Source: Chiloscyllium plagiosum (lineage: Eukaryota). Taken from it: DNA of 49,666 nucleotides. The first letter of the stretch is position 1. Each line of letters opens with the position of its first letter. Positions 39,501 through 49,666 of the stretch are shown one piece after another. The DNA lies in contig NC_057749.1 of assembly GCF_004010195.1 (NCBI RefSeq), positions 13,077,276 to 13,126,941 of the forward strand, in the 5' to 3' direction. Below the pieces are notes generated by a model that had not been told where the DNA came from, did not search any database, and was given only the letters and a program-made list of their open reading frames with translations. The translations under genes and the position numbers were made by a program.

Positions 39501-42500
39501 ACCACATCCTCAATTCATCATAAAGTTATTTACAGCTCAATGATGAGCACCCAGTATTTATGCAGATAAATTCAGCAATCAACTTGTCCTGTAATGTTTG
39601 ACAAGTAGCATAAACATTTTTTTCAAACAGTGAACAGGAAAATCATTGGTACATCAACAATGCAGCCTTTCCTTATTACTGCACTGATATAATAGCCCAT
39701 ATGTCCTCCAGACTTCTATGAACCTTGAACCACCACCTTTGGTCTTGAAAGTAAGAGTGCTACCAAATCAGATTACTAATAGCAACTTGTGGGAAATCTA
39801 CACATTAAACAGGAGGGCTGATCTTTCAATATTGCTCCATGAGATTCCACGGCAGAACAACAAGGTAGTGTGTCTAGAATATGGAAAACAGTGTATAATC
39901 CAGAGGTCTCTGATTGAGATTCCCTACAGTTCTTACCAATACATGTCAGAAATCCTCTTACTTTTCAGAAATCCAATAATTTCCTCCACTGGTCTAAATC
40001 CACACAGCCCTTCAAATGGAGTCAGTGCAATCGCCATTTCTGGTTTGTGATTTTTATCCGGATAGCGATCCGGAAACTGAGTGTGCAGTTTTACTGCTAA
40101 TTCCTGAAAAAGACACAAACTTTGTTAAACTGTGAATTATGCAGTGCTGAATGATCTAAGAGAAGATAGTATAAAACTCCCAACAATTCAGTGTAGAGTG
40201 CTAATTCCTGTAAAAACATGTTATGCATATATTTTTCAAATGCTTAAGCTTTGAGACACAGAACAGGAACAGGATGATGCGCTTCAGAGTCCATCAAAAT
40301 CTTATGATCAATCTCACTTTGACCAAACGGTGTGGAAACATAAATTTACCCCAATAACGTAGGTGGTGGTGTGCTTCAATATTTCAAGCAAATTCCGTAC
40401 TAAATGCATTTGCTACACATTCATGACTCTGTAAACAGTAAAAACAAAAGGACTTTTATTTAAATAATCTTTGACTGCCTTAACTCAAGGCTTAGGAGAG
40501 ACCATCTTGACATGCCCATGTAAATAAAAACCAGGTGTACTTGGAAGTTTGCAACAGTTAAGTTAATGATAGTTTAGTTTGGCAGAGATACAGTTGATCA
40601 GTCACCTTAGCTGGAATTAAAAGTACCAGGGATAAAAGAAGAGCTCGTCAACATTCAACGACTTTAAAAAAGGACTAAAATTTGAACCTTTTGCTCCATA
40701 TTAGGAAACACTAATTTCCGTGCTTAATCATTGTGAACTACAGCCCAACATATTCTCTTTCATTCCGAACCACTGATTTTGTCGAGGTAACAAATTAAGC
40801 AGCTCATTATTCTACAGAAATTACTTTTTCTAAATTTGTGTTCAGTGACTTGCCCCATCAAAATGTCCACAGTTGGATCCAATTAACAACGTTATCCAAG
40901 ACCAAACTGGGACCCATGACGGAATACTAGAATTCATTAGGTTTCTGTCAATCTTGAGCAGAACAAGCATCAGGTTTTGACAGTCGCTACTTTCTTATCG
41001 AAAGAACGTGTTTCTTCATTTTGCTGGATCCCAATAGAATAATTATTCTGAAACAAAAAAACCAGCTTCTCGTGGACAACTGCTCCCATCTTTAAAGGTC
41101 AGAAGGGGCATCTGCAAATGCATCAACACTTGGGGATGCAACTCACTGCTGAAGATAGTATGTTTTGTCTTCAACTCAATAACCTTTAAAATGACATTTA
41201 CGCTGCAAATTAGGTTTTCCTCTCAAATTCTGAACAAGACTGCATTTTTAAGATTCTGAGCGTACAAAAAAAAATTTCCGGATCAAACCAAGTGTAGAAT
41301 CTATGTAACATGATATATGTCCAGTTGACTAGAAACAGTTAACCGTTTCTTCACTTACTTTGGTTGGATGAGCTTGAATAGATAACGAAATGTTGACCGA
41401 AAGCACCTTGAACAGAAAGGGAAGCTGCCCTTGGAAAATATCTTTCACCTTTGACCCTAAACAGTCAGGATGCTTGGCAATCCATTCCCCAAGAGTCTTC
41501 TGAGGAATTCTGTTGTCGCAGATAATGGCATCCCCTTTGGGATGCGCTCCCATCCATAACTATTAGAAAATTATAACAAATTTTAAAAATTACTTTTCAG
41601 CTCATCATTCCTGTATTTTCCTTAATTATTTTACACATTTTAGTGTTCTTGTGCTGTCAATGCTATTCATTAACAAGGTAACACCACAAAAAAACTGCAA
41701 CATGTTGGGAATAATTTCATGTGAGCAGATTTATTTTATAAACGCTGCCATTTGAAATTAACAGCATTCCTTAATTCCCAAATGAACTGCAGGAGGCCCA
41801 GTGTTGGCCAAAGCAGGGAAGGAGGCTTTACCACACAACAGATTTGTTTGCTTCTCATATCTTAGTCATTCAGAACACCGAGTGCTGAATTAATATTTCA
41901 GCAGGAGGAATAATTCTTTTCTGTATCAGTCAATGAGTAAGTTAGCAAGTCGAGCAAACCGTTTTATGCTGGTATTTGTTGGGGTGCAGAATTGTTGGCC
42001 TGAGTACAAACTGAATTAAATTGAACCCTTTTGCCAAGATATTAGATAAATAAAGATTAGCAAGGCCAAATCATCAGCACACACCTACTTGAACAGGTCT
42101 GTTTAACATCTTGCAAAAAGATGACAATACAGCTTTTGTCACATAGCACAAAAGTGTCATCATAGATTAATCTTTGAAATTAACACAAAGGTCTGAAAGT
42201 GGAAATGCCTACTGCTGAATCATATTGATTTATTCTTGAGAGGGAGTTCCAAGCACAGCATCACAGAGTGGGACAGTGGCCTCATATGAATGACCCACGT
42301 TACCAAGCTTCTGATCTGCCCAACTTCCAAGCACAACTGCTGAGCGAAAAAATCTGAACACTCCACTGCACAATCGCTGGATACCTGGCTCAAAGCAGCG
42401 CTGATAGAGGCCAGACAGGCATCAGCATTACGATGCACAGCTGCCAAGGAGCAGGGAAATAAAGCTCACTCACACCAAAGAAGAGTTACTGACATCACAA

Positions 42501-45500
42501 CGCTCTCTGAAAGTTGACCCCATGTACCTCCACGTAAAAACAACCACCTTGGATTTTGTATGAAGTGAAGAAAACTAAAGTACCTCAGCATAGGGTTTCT
42601 CTTGCTCAATGGCTATAGAGGGATCATCACTTAAAGTGAGTTTTGCTACCTCACTCTCCAGGCCAACTTTCCCCCAGGCATAATGCTGCACGACACACTT
42701 CAGCGGGAACACTGAAGAAACAAAAAGATTGAAGATCGCTGTTGGTCTCTAAATTATAGTGCAACACTCAAGGTATGGTGATTGCTTGACACAGTGCATA
42801 TTAGAATTAAGATACTGAACTTGATTTTAACTTTCAAATCAATTAGGCAATAAAAAGCTGCAAATTGAGACAATTTTGTTTTAAAACAAAGAACACTTTG
42901 AAATCATGTAAAAGTCAAATGGGGTCTAAATCAATGTGTTTGTTGATAGAGTTCTGGTTGGGAGTGCCATGCTTCTATGAATTCTAGGAGACATGTCCAG
43001 TGTGGGCAACCCTTGTCCTAGGACTGATGTGTTGTCCCAGATTTTGAGCCCACATACAATCTTTCAAATCGCCAGGTTCATTTTCTAATCAGAGAAAATG
43101 AGGACTACAGATGCTGGAGATCAGAGTCAAAACGTGTGGTGCTGGAAAAGCACAGCCATTCAGGCAACATCCAAAGAGGAGAGTTGACATTTCAAGCATT
43201 CCTCATGAACAGCTTATGCTCAAAACATCAACTTTCTTGCTCCTCAACTGGCTGTGCTTTTCCAGTGTCACACTTTTTGACTTATTTTTCATTAGGGAGG
43301 AGAAAGTGAGGTCTGCAGATGCTGGAGATCAGAGCTGGAAATGTGTTGCTGGAAAAGCGCAGCAGGTCAGGCAGCATCCAGGGAACAGGAGAATCGACGT
43401 TTCGGGCATAAGGGCTTATGCCCGAAACGTCGATTCTCCTGTTCCCTGGATGCTGCCTGACCTGCTGCGCTTTTCCAGCAACACATTTCCAGCTTATTTT
43501 TCATTAGACCAACCAAGAGCAACGTGCATAAGACTAGAGTAGCTAATAGTTGGTGTGAACATTGCAATAAAGTAGGATGAGCACAAATCATTGGAGAAAA
43601 GGAGGTTCAGGGGTGACTTGATAGAGGTGTACAAGATGATTAGGGGTTTAGATAGGGTTGACAGTGAGAATCTTTTTCCACGTATGGAGTCAGCTATTAC
43701 AAGGGGGCATAGCTTTAAATTAAGGGGTGGTAGGTATAGGACAGATGTTAGGGGTTCTTTACTCAGCGAGTCGTGAGTTCATGGAATGCCCTGCCAGTAG
43801 CAGTGGTGGACTCTCCCTCATTATGGGCATTTAAGCAGGCATTGGATAGGCATATGGAGGATAGTGGGCTAGTGTAGGTTAGGTGGGCTTGGATCGGCGC
43901 AACATCGAGGGCCGAAGGGCCTGTACTGCGCTGTATTCTTCTATGTTCTAAATCAACTGGCAGCAGCACTGCCCATGATTAATTGATACATATCCCCTTA
44001 TAAAGTCCAATATAGTGGGAAAGGTGGGCAAGACGTTTTAGAAACAAAATCAAATGGTCAGAGCCTCCTCACTAAAGCAGAACTGCCTCATTAAATGGGA
44101 AGCTCTTTACAGCCACTTACTGAAGGAAATATTGACACATACTTCATCCAAAATACTGATAACAAGAAAGATTGGTAGTTCAGGAAGTGAGTGGCTTGTG
44201 CAAGGTTTCTGAGAAGGCATTTGTATTGCTTTTCCCAACAAAGCAGTAAAAATCCTGGAAGGCCAGCAAATTAAGAATGTTCTAAATGCATGTTTGCTCG
44301 CTGAGCAGGAAGATTCGTTTTCAGATGTTTCATCACCACATGAGGTAACATCATCAGTGAGCCTCTGGTGAATCGCTGATGTTGTGACCCACTTTCTATT
44401 TATATGTTTAGGTTTCCTTGGGTTGGTGATGTCATTTCCAGCTCTTTGTTTCAGAGGGTGGTAGAATAGGGTCTAAATCAATGTGTTTCATGATAGGGTT
44501 CTGTTGGAGTGCCATACTTCAAGGAATTCTAGGAAGCTTGTGCAGTGTGGGATCCCTTGTCAGAGGACTGATGTGTTGTCCCAGTCAAAATGTTGTCCTT
44601 CCTCATCTGTATATAAGGATACTAGTAAGAGTGGGTCATGTCTTTTTGTGGCAAGTTAACGTGCATGTATCCTGGTGGCTAGCTTCCTTGCTAAAACTGT
44701 AACAACATTACATTGGACAAACAGGCAGAAAGCTAGCCACCAGGATATTTAAATATCAACTAGTCACAAAAAGACATGACCCACTCTCACTAGTATCCTT
44801 ACATACAGATAAGGAAGGACACCACTTCGAGTGGGACAACAGATCCATCTTTGGACAAACCAAACAGAGACATGCACAAGAATTCCTAGAAGCATAGCAC
44901 TCAAACCAGAAGTCTATCAACAAACATTGATTTAGACCCCATCTACCACCCTCTGAGAAAAAGAACCAGAAGTGACATCAACAACCCAAGGAAACCTAAA
45001 CACAAATAGAAAGCAGGTCATAACACCTACGCTTCACCACAGGCTCACTGATGTTAGCTAATATGGTGAAGAAACATCTGAGTATAAACCTTCCAGCTCA
45101 GCAAGTAAACTTACATCCAGAACCTAACCTGAGCAACAAATCTTCTCAAAACTTACTAATTAAGAATGCTCTCAACTGGCTGTGAGAGGGTGGATAGGAT
45201 GGGAGGGGAGATGAGGAAGGATNNNNNNNNNNNNNNNNNNNNNNNNNNNNNNNNNNNNNNNNNNNNNNGGGGGCACTGGACAGGGGGGAGGGAGAGGGAG
45301 AGGGAGAGGGAGAGGGAGAGGGGGAGGGGGAGGGCCACCCCTGCCCCTGCCCCTGCCCCTGCCCCCGCCCCCCAAACACTGGACATGGCCCCCGCCGTGC
45401 CCCTACATACTGGACAGGGCCCCCCAGGCGGCAGGGAGGCAGCCCTTACTCTGACCTTTAAACCAACACAGCAGACCGCCCTCACTAAGGCCCGAATCCC

Positions 45501-45610
45501 ACACTCCGGCCCACGGGCCCCCTGAATGCTCTGTATGACCGTGACTCGGTGCCGCCAGTCCCCTGATATTAACCGAATTGAAATTCCGCCTCACCCTTCA
45601 CCGCCGCCAT
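33303..45610 (-). CDS. MPI: Mannose-6-phosphate isomerase, whole coding span (8 exons, 1263 nt, 420 aa)
   Basis: Spliced frame runs [20 protein letters not shown]...LWMGAHPKG...[10 protein letters not shown]...LSIQAHP...[20 protein letters not shown]...[31 protein letters not shown]...FRACCML*. All introns are GT-AG with compatible phases. Exon sizes are 16/128/201/142/180/174/209/213. Confidence 0.98.
34533..34741 (-). CDS. MPI: MPI exon 7
   Basis: ctttctag|[32 protein letters not shown]...[13 protein letters not shown]|gtatg, 209 nt. Confidence 0.98.
34890..36340 (+). mobile_element. LINE 3' part with a nested CR1 (about 35515-36275), in MPI intron 6
   Basis: CR1 RT C-terminus ([14 protein letters not shown]...[11 protein letters not shown]); the host LINE tail resumes at about 36280. 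Confidence 0.85.
36856..37029 (-). CDS. MPI: MPI exon 6
   Basis: ttctatag|...[47 protein letters not shown]|gtaag, 174 nt. Confidence 0.97.
38446..38625 (-). CDS. MPI: MPI exon 5
   Basis: ttgttgcag|[14 protein letters not shown]...[15 protein letters not shown]|gtttg, 180 nt. Confidence 0.96.
39962..40103 (-). CDS. MPI: MPI exon 4
   Basis: ttttcag|[47 protein letters not shown]|gtaag, 142 nt. Confidence 0.98.
41359..41559 (-). CDS. MPI: MPI exon 3
   Basis: ctaatag|[11 protein letters not shown]...[22 protein letters not shown]|gtaagt, 201 nt. Confidence 0.98.
42584..42711 (-). CDS. MPI: MPI exon 2
   Basis: tttcttcag|(V)[42 protein letters not shown]|gtac, 128 nt. Confidence 0.97.
43093..43494. 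mobile_element. Two adjacent palindromic PLE-end insertions (old 43093-43280; young 43296-43494 with 15-bp TSD)
   Basis: CTTATTTTTCATTAG at 43281-43295 and 43493-43507; perfect 80-bp inverted arms in the young copy. Confidence 0.9.
43591..43950 (+). mobile_element. CR1 3' end
   Basis: [23 protein letters not shown]...TRGHSFKL. Confidence 0.9.
44284..45157. mobile_element. Palindromic Penelope-like element (third family) with GIY-YIG remnant and 15-bp TSD
   Basis: [14 protein letters not shown] at about 44705; inverted arms of about 400 bp; AATTAAGAATG(T/C)TCT at 44269-44283 and 45158-45172; hammerhead-like core 44324-44357 (-). Confidence 0.85.
45283..45372. repeat. (GGGAGA)n and (CCCCTG)n simple repeats
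   Basis: Direct observation. Confidence 0.9.
45595..45610 (-). CDS. MPI: MPI exon 1 (coding part)
   Basis: ATG GCG GCG GTG AAG G|gtgag inside a CpG island; 16 nt, phase 1, joins exon 2 in frame. Confidence 0.93.
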
Positions 45611-45720
45611 CAGCCCGCTCCAGGCAACACGCGCCAAGCCGACGCGTCATCGCCGGGCCACGTAATCACGTGGAGGAGGGGCACGTGGCCGAGGTGGCTG
45701 CCGGGAATTGTAGTCCTTCC
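45611..45720 (-). promoter_or_regulatory. MPI 5' UTR / CpG-island proximal promoter with two E-boxes and a ZNF143/THAP11-type motif
   Basis: GC/CpG-rich sequence directly upstream of the ATG; CACGTG at 45667-45672 and 45682-45687; minus-strand GGACTACAATTCCCGGCAGCC at 45696-45716. Confidence 0.8.
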
Positions 45721-46113
45721 CTCAAAGTGGAGTTGGTTCTGGAGAACACAAAAACATAAACTGCTGGGAAAAAGAAACGGAGCAGTTTAGTCAGGCAACA
45801 TTGTACAAAGATAAGCAGCAATTGTACAAAGTTTGCAGCAATTTTCTATTTTTCTTTCAGATTTCCAGCATCCACGTTATTCTCCTTTCCGATTTCTGCT
45901 CTGGATGAAATTGCAGTTTGAACTGATATGCTTTGCTGACTCTTTGTGCTTTCGTCAAATATCCGTTGGAGTGTAGGTGATCCATAATAGTCAGTTTTCT
46001 CAAACTAATTTAAATTGTTAACTGAAAATGTTACATTTTTCATGTAATTTATCATATTCTCTGGACTTCTAAAGCACTGCAAATTCTCCTTTGCAATTCT
46101 ATATCTGTTATGC

Positions 46114-46314
46114 CAGAGACCAAAAAAACTGCAGATGCAAGAATCCAAGTTAGAGAAGCAGGAGACTGGAATAGCACAGCAAGCCAGGCAGCATCAACAG
46201 GTGAAGAAGTCAACATTTCTAGTGTATCCCAAAAGAAAGGTTACACCTGAAATGTTGACTTCTCCACCTCCTGATGCTGCCTGGGCTGCTGTGTTCTTCC
46301 AGCCTCCTGCTTGT
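46114..46314. mobile_element. Old palindromic PLE-end insertion with 15-bp TSD
   Basis: CTATATCTGTT(A/G)TGC at 46099-46113 and 46315-46329; inverted arms. Confidence 0.75.
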
Positions 46315-46736
46315 CTATATCTGTTGTGCAGGCAAACGTGACAACCAATCCATTTTTTAAAAAAAGCTTCTTTTTTAGGAAGACATGTTGGTCAAAATAT
46401 TCAGAAAGCTTTTTTTCCTGATTAGTAATTTTATTCTACCTGACGAGGCAAACAATGCCTTGTATTATCAGAGACTGGGATTGTCATAGTGTTGAGGGCT
46501 CAGACGGAGAGGAATTTGTTTAAATGTGTATAAAAAAATTTCAAAATTCAGTTTGTGGATGTACCTCCCAGAGAAACAGAAAAAACCTGACCTTCTCTTG
46601 GGAAATAAGGCAGGACAAGTGACTGAAGTATCAGTGGGGAAGCACTTTGAGGCCACTGATCATAATTCTGTTAGTTTTAAAATAATGGTGGAAAAGGATA
46701 GACTTGATCTAAAAGTTCAAGTTCTACATTGTAGGA

Positions 46737-47105
46737 AGCTGAAAATGTGTTGCTGGAAAAGCGCAGCAGGTCAGGCAGCATCCAGGGAACAGGAGAATCG
46801 ACGTTTCGGGCATAAGCCCTTCTTCAGGAAGGATTAATATCAGGGAACTGGCGGCACCGAGTCACGGTCATACAGAGCATTCAGGGAGCCCGTGGGCCAG
46901 AGTGTGAGATTCGGGCCTTAGTGAGGGCGGTCTGTTGTGTTGGTTTAAAGATCAGAGTAAGGGCTGCCTCCCTGCCATTCCTGAAGAAGGGCTTATGCCC
47001 GAAACGTCGATTCTCCTGTTCCCTGGATGCTGCCTGACCTGCTGCGCTTTTCCAGCAACACATTTTCAGCTCTGATCTCCAGCATCTGCAGTCCTCACTT
47101 TCTCC
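46737..47105. mobile_element. PLE inverted-arm cassette carrying a captured 143-bp MPI intron-1 fragment
   Basis: Identical 94-bp arms 46737-46830 and 46978-47071; filler 46834-46976 is the reverse complement of 45430-45572; TSD CTA(C/A)ATTGTAGGAAG at 46724-46738 and 47106-47120. Confidence 0.93.
46981..47008 (+). ncRNA. Minimal hammerhead ribozyme motif (mirror copy at 46800-46827 on minus)
   Basis: CUGAAGA-A-GGGC-UUAU-GCCC-GAAAC-GUC. Confidence 0.7.
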
Positions 47106-49026
47106 CTAAATTGTAGGAAGGCCAATTTTGTTGGTATTATGAGCTTTCAAACATTGATTGGGACAGGCTAGTCACAGGTAAAGGGATGTTGGAAAGTGGG
47201 AGGCCTTCAAAAATGAGATGAGATAGTATGTTCCTGTTAGGGCAAGGCTGGTACATGTTGGGAATGCTAAATGATTAGATAGATTGAGGTTATGGTCCAG
47301 GAAAAGGCGGAGGCATATGTCAGGTTGAGAAAGCTGGGATCAAGTGAATCCCTGGAGGAATACAAGGCAGTAGGAATATACTTAAGAGGGAAATAAGGAA
47401 GGCAAAAAGGGGACATTTGATAGCTTTGTCAAATAAAGTTAATGAGAATCCAAAGAGACTCTACAAATACATTAAGGGTAAAAGAGTAACCAGAGAAGGA
47501 ATAGGACCCCTTAAAAATCAACAAGGCCATATATGTGTGGAACCCCAGGAGACGAATACAATACTAAACAAATAATTTGCATCAATAATTACTGTGGAGA
47601 AAGACATGGAAGCTAGAAAACTTGGGAAATAAATAGTGCTATCTTGAAAAGTGCCCATATTAAGCTAGATGTCTTAAAATGCAATAAGGTGGATAAATCT
47701 CTGGGACCTAATCAGCCATACTGTAGAACTCTCTGGGAAGCGAGGGAAGTGATTTCTAGGCCCCTTGCTGAGATATTTGTATCATCAATAGCCACAGGTG
47801 AAGTGCCAGAAGACTAGAGGTTGGCCAACGTGGTGCCACTATTTAAGAAAAATGTTAATAAAAAGCCAGGGAACTATAAACCAGTGAGCCTGACTTTGGT
47901 GGTGGGTAAGTTGTTGGAGGCAATCCTGAGGGACAGGATTTACATGTATTTGGAAAGGCAAGGACTGTTTAGGAATAGTCAACATGGCTTTGTGCGTGGG
48001 AAATCATGTCTCACTAACTTCATGTCTCACTAACTTCAAAAAATAACAAAGACGATTGATGAGGGCAGAATGGTGGATGTGATCTATATGGACTTCAGTA
48101 AGGTGTTCAACAAGGTTCCTAATGTTAGCAAGGTTAGATCACATGGAATACAGGGAAAACCAGCTATGTGGATAAAGAACTGGCTTGAAGATAAAGAGTG
48201 GTGGTGAGAGTTGCTTTTCAGACTGGACGCCTGTGACCAGCAGTGTGCCACAAGAGATTAGCACTGGGTCCACTGTTTTTTGTTATTTATATAAATGATT
48301 TGGATGTGAACATAAGAGGTATGGTTAGTAAGTGTGCAGATGACAGTAAAATTGGAGGTGTAGTGGACAGCAAAGAAGGTTACCTCAGAGTACAATGGAA
48401 TCTTGGTCAGAGGGGCCAATGGGCTGAGGAGTGGCAAATGGAGTTCAATTTAGATAAATGTGAGCTGCAGCATTTTGGAAAGGCAAATCGGAGCAGGACT
48501 TATACACTTAATGGTAAGGGCCTGGGGAGTGTTGCTGAACAAAGAGACCTTTGTTCATAGTTCCTTGAAAGTGGAGTGACAGGTATATAGGATAGTGAAG
48601 GTGGTTGGTACGCTTTCCTTTATTAGTCAGTGCATTGAGTATAGGAGTTGGGAGGTCATGTTGCAGCTGTATAAGACATTGATGAGGCCACTTTTGGAGT
48701 ATTGCATGCAGTCTAGTCTCCCTCCTATAGGATGTTGTGAAACTTGAAAGGCTTCAGAAAACATTTACGAGGATGTTGCCAGGGTTGAAGGGTTTGAGCT
48801 ATAAGTGGCTGAATAGGCTGGGACTTTTTTCCCTGCAGCATTGGAGGCTGAGCTTAGAGGTGTTCATAAAATCATGGGAGCATGGTTAGGGTAAATAGGC
48901 AAACTAGAGGGCATAGGTTTAGGGTGAGAGGGGAAAGATTTAAAAGGGACCTGAGGGTCAACTTTTTCTTGCAGAAGGTGGTGTGTGTGGAATGAGCTGC
49001 CAGAGGAAGTAGTAATGGTTGGTACA

Positions 49027-49235
49027 GGATTGCACCTAAATTGGAAGGGGACTAATATACTGGCAGGGAAGTTTGCTAGAACTGCTTGGGAAGATTTAAA
49101 CTAGTAAGGTGGGGGGGTGGGACCCAGGAAGATAGTGAGGAAATAGATCGATGTGAGATGGGTACAGCTGAGAAGAGAAGTGAGTCAAATAGTCAGGGCA
49201 GGCAGGGACAAGGTAGGACTAATAAATTAAACTGA
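49027..49235 (+). mobile_element. CR1 ORF1 (SGNH esterase) C-terminus and inter-ORF fragment
   Basis: GLHLNWKGTNILAGKFARTAWEDLN* at 49027-49104. Confidence 0.7.
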
Positions 49236-49666
49236 CAATAGACAATAGGTGCAGGAGTAGGCCATTCTGCCCTTCGAGCCTGCACCATCATTCAATATGA
49301 CCGTGGCTGATCATTCTTAATCAGTATCCTGTTCCTGCCTTATCTCCATAACCCTTGATTCCACAATCCTTGAGAGCTCGATCCAACTCTTTCTTAAATG
49401 AATCCAGAGACTGGGCCTCCACTGCCCTCTGGGGCAGAGCATTCCACACAGCCACCACTCTCTGGGTGAAGAAGTTTCTCCTCATCTCTGTCCTAAATGG
49501 TCTACCACATATTTTTGAGCTATGTCCTCTGGTTCGGCACTCATCCATCAGCGGAAACATGTTTCCTGCCTCCAGAGTGTCCAATCCTTTAATAATCAGA
49601 TCCCTTCTCAGCCTTCTAAACTCAAGGGTATACAAGCCAGTCGCTCCAATCTTTCAGCGTAAGGTA
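49236..49666 (-). mobile_element. CR1 3' end
   Basis: YTLEFRRLR...TRGHS...[17 protein letters not shown]; (CTATTGT)n tail. Confidence 0.9.

Larger units (their letters stand above)
46470..49025 (+). mobile_element. CR1 LINE ORF2, degenerate, interrupted by a PLE insertion
   Basis: DLLLGN..DHNSVSF, ANVVPLFKK..NYKPVSLT..QHGF..KSCLTN, LGPLFFVIYINDLD..ADDSKI. Confidence 0.93.

Overview
Vertebrate genomic DNA, most likely from a shark (inferred from HE1-type SINEs, CR1/HER1-like LINEs and abundant Penelope-like element ends), with five N-gaps. The one confidently identified gene is an intact 8-exon mannose-6-phosphate isomerase (MPI) on the minus strand (CDS 45610 to 33303, 420 aa), with a CpG-island promoter carrying E-boxes and a ZNF143-type motif. 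A second CpG-rich island at about 26.1-26.35 kb may start an unidentified minus-strand transcript. The rest is mostly repeats. The most striking structure is a set of short palindromic Penelope-like (PLE) insertions with 14-16 bp target-site duplications and minimal hammerhead-ribozyme cores. Two of them, from different PLE families, enclose an inverted copy of nearby unique sequence between their arms. In one, a 143-bp piece of MPI intron 1 sits between two identical arms and shows strand-biased C>T differences from its source. Repeat boundaries are approximate and were read by eye.
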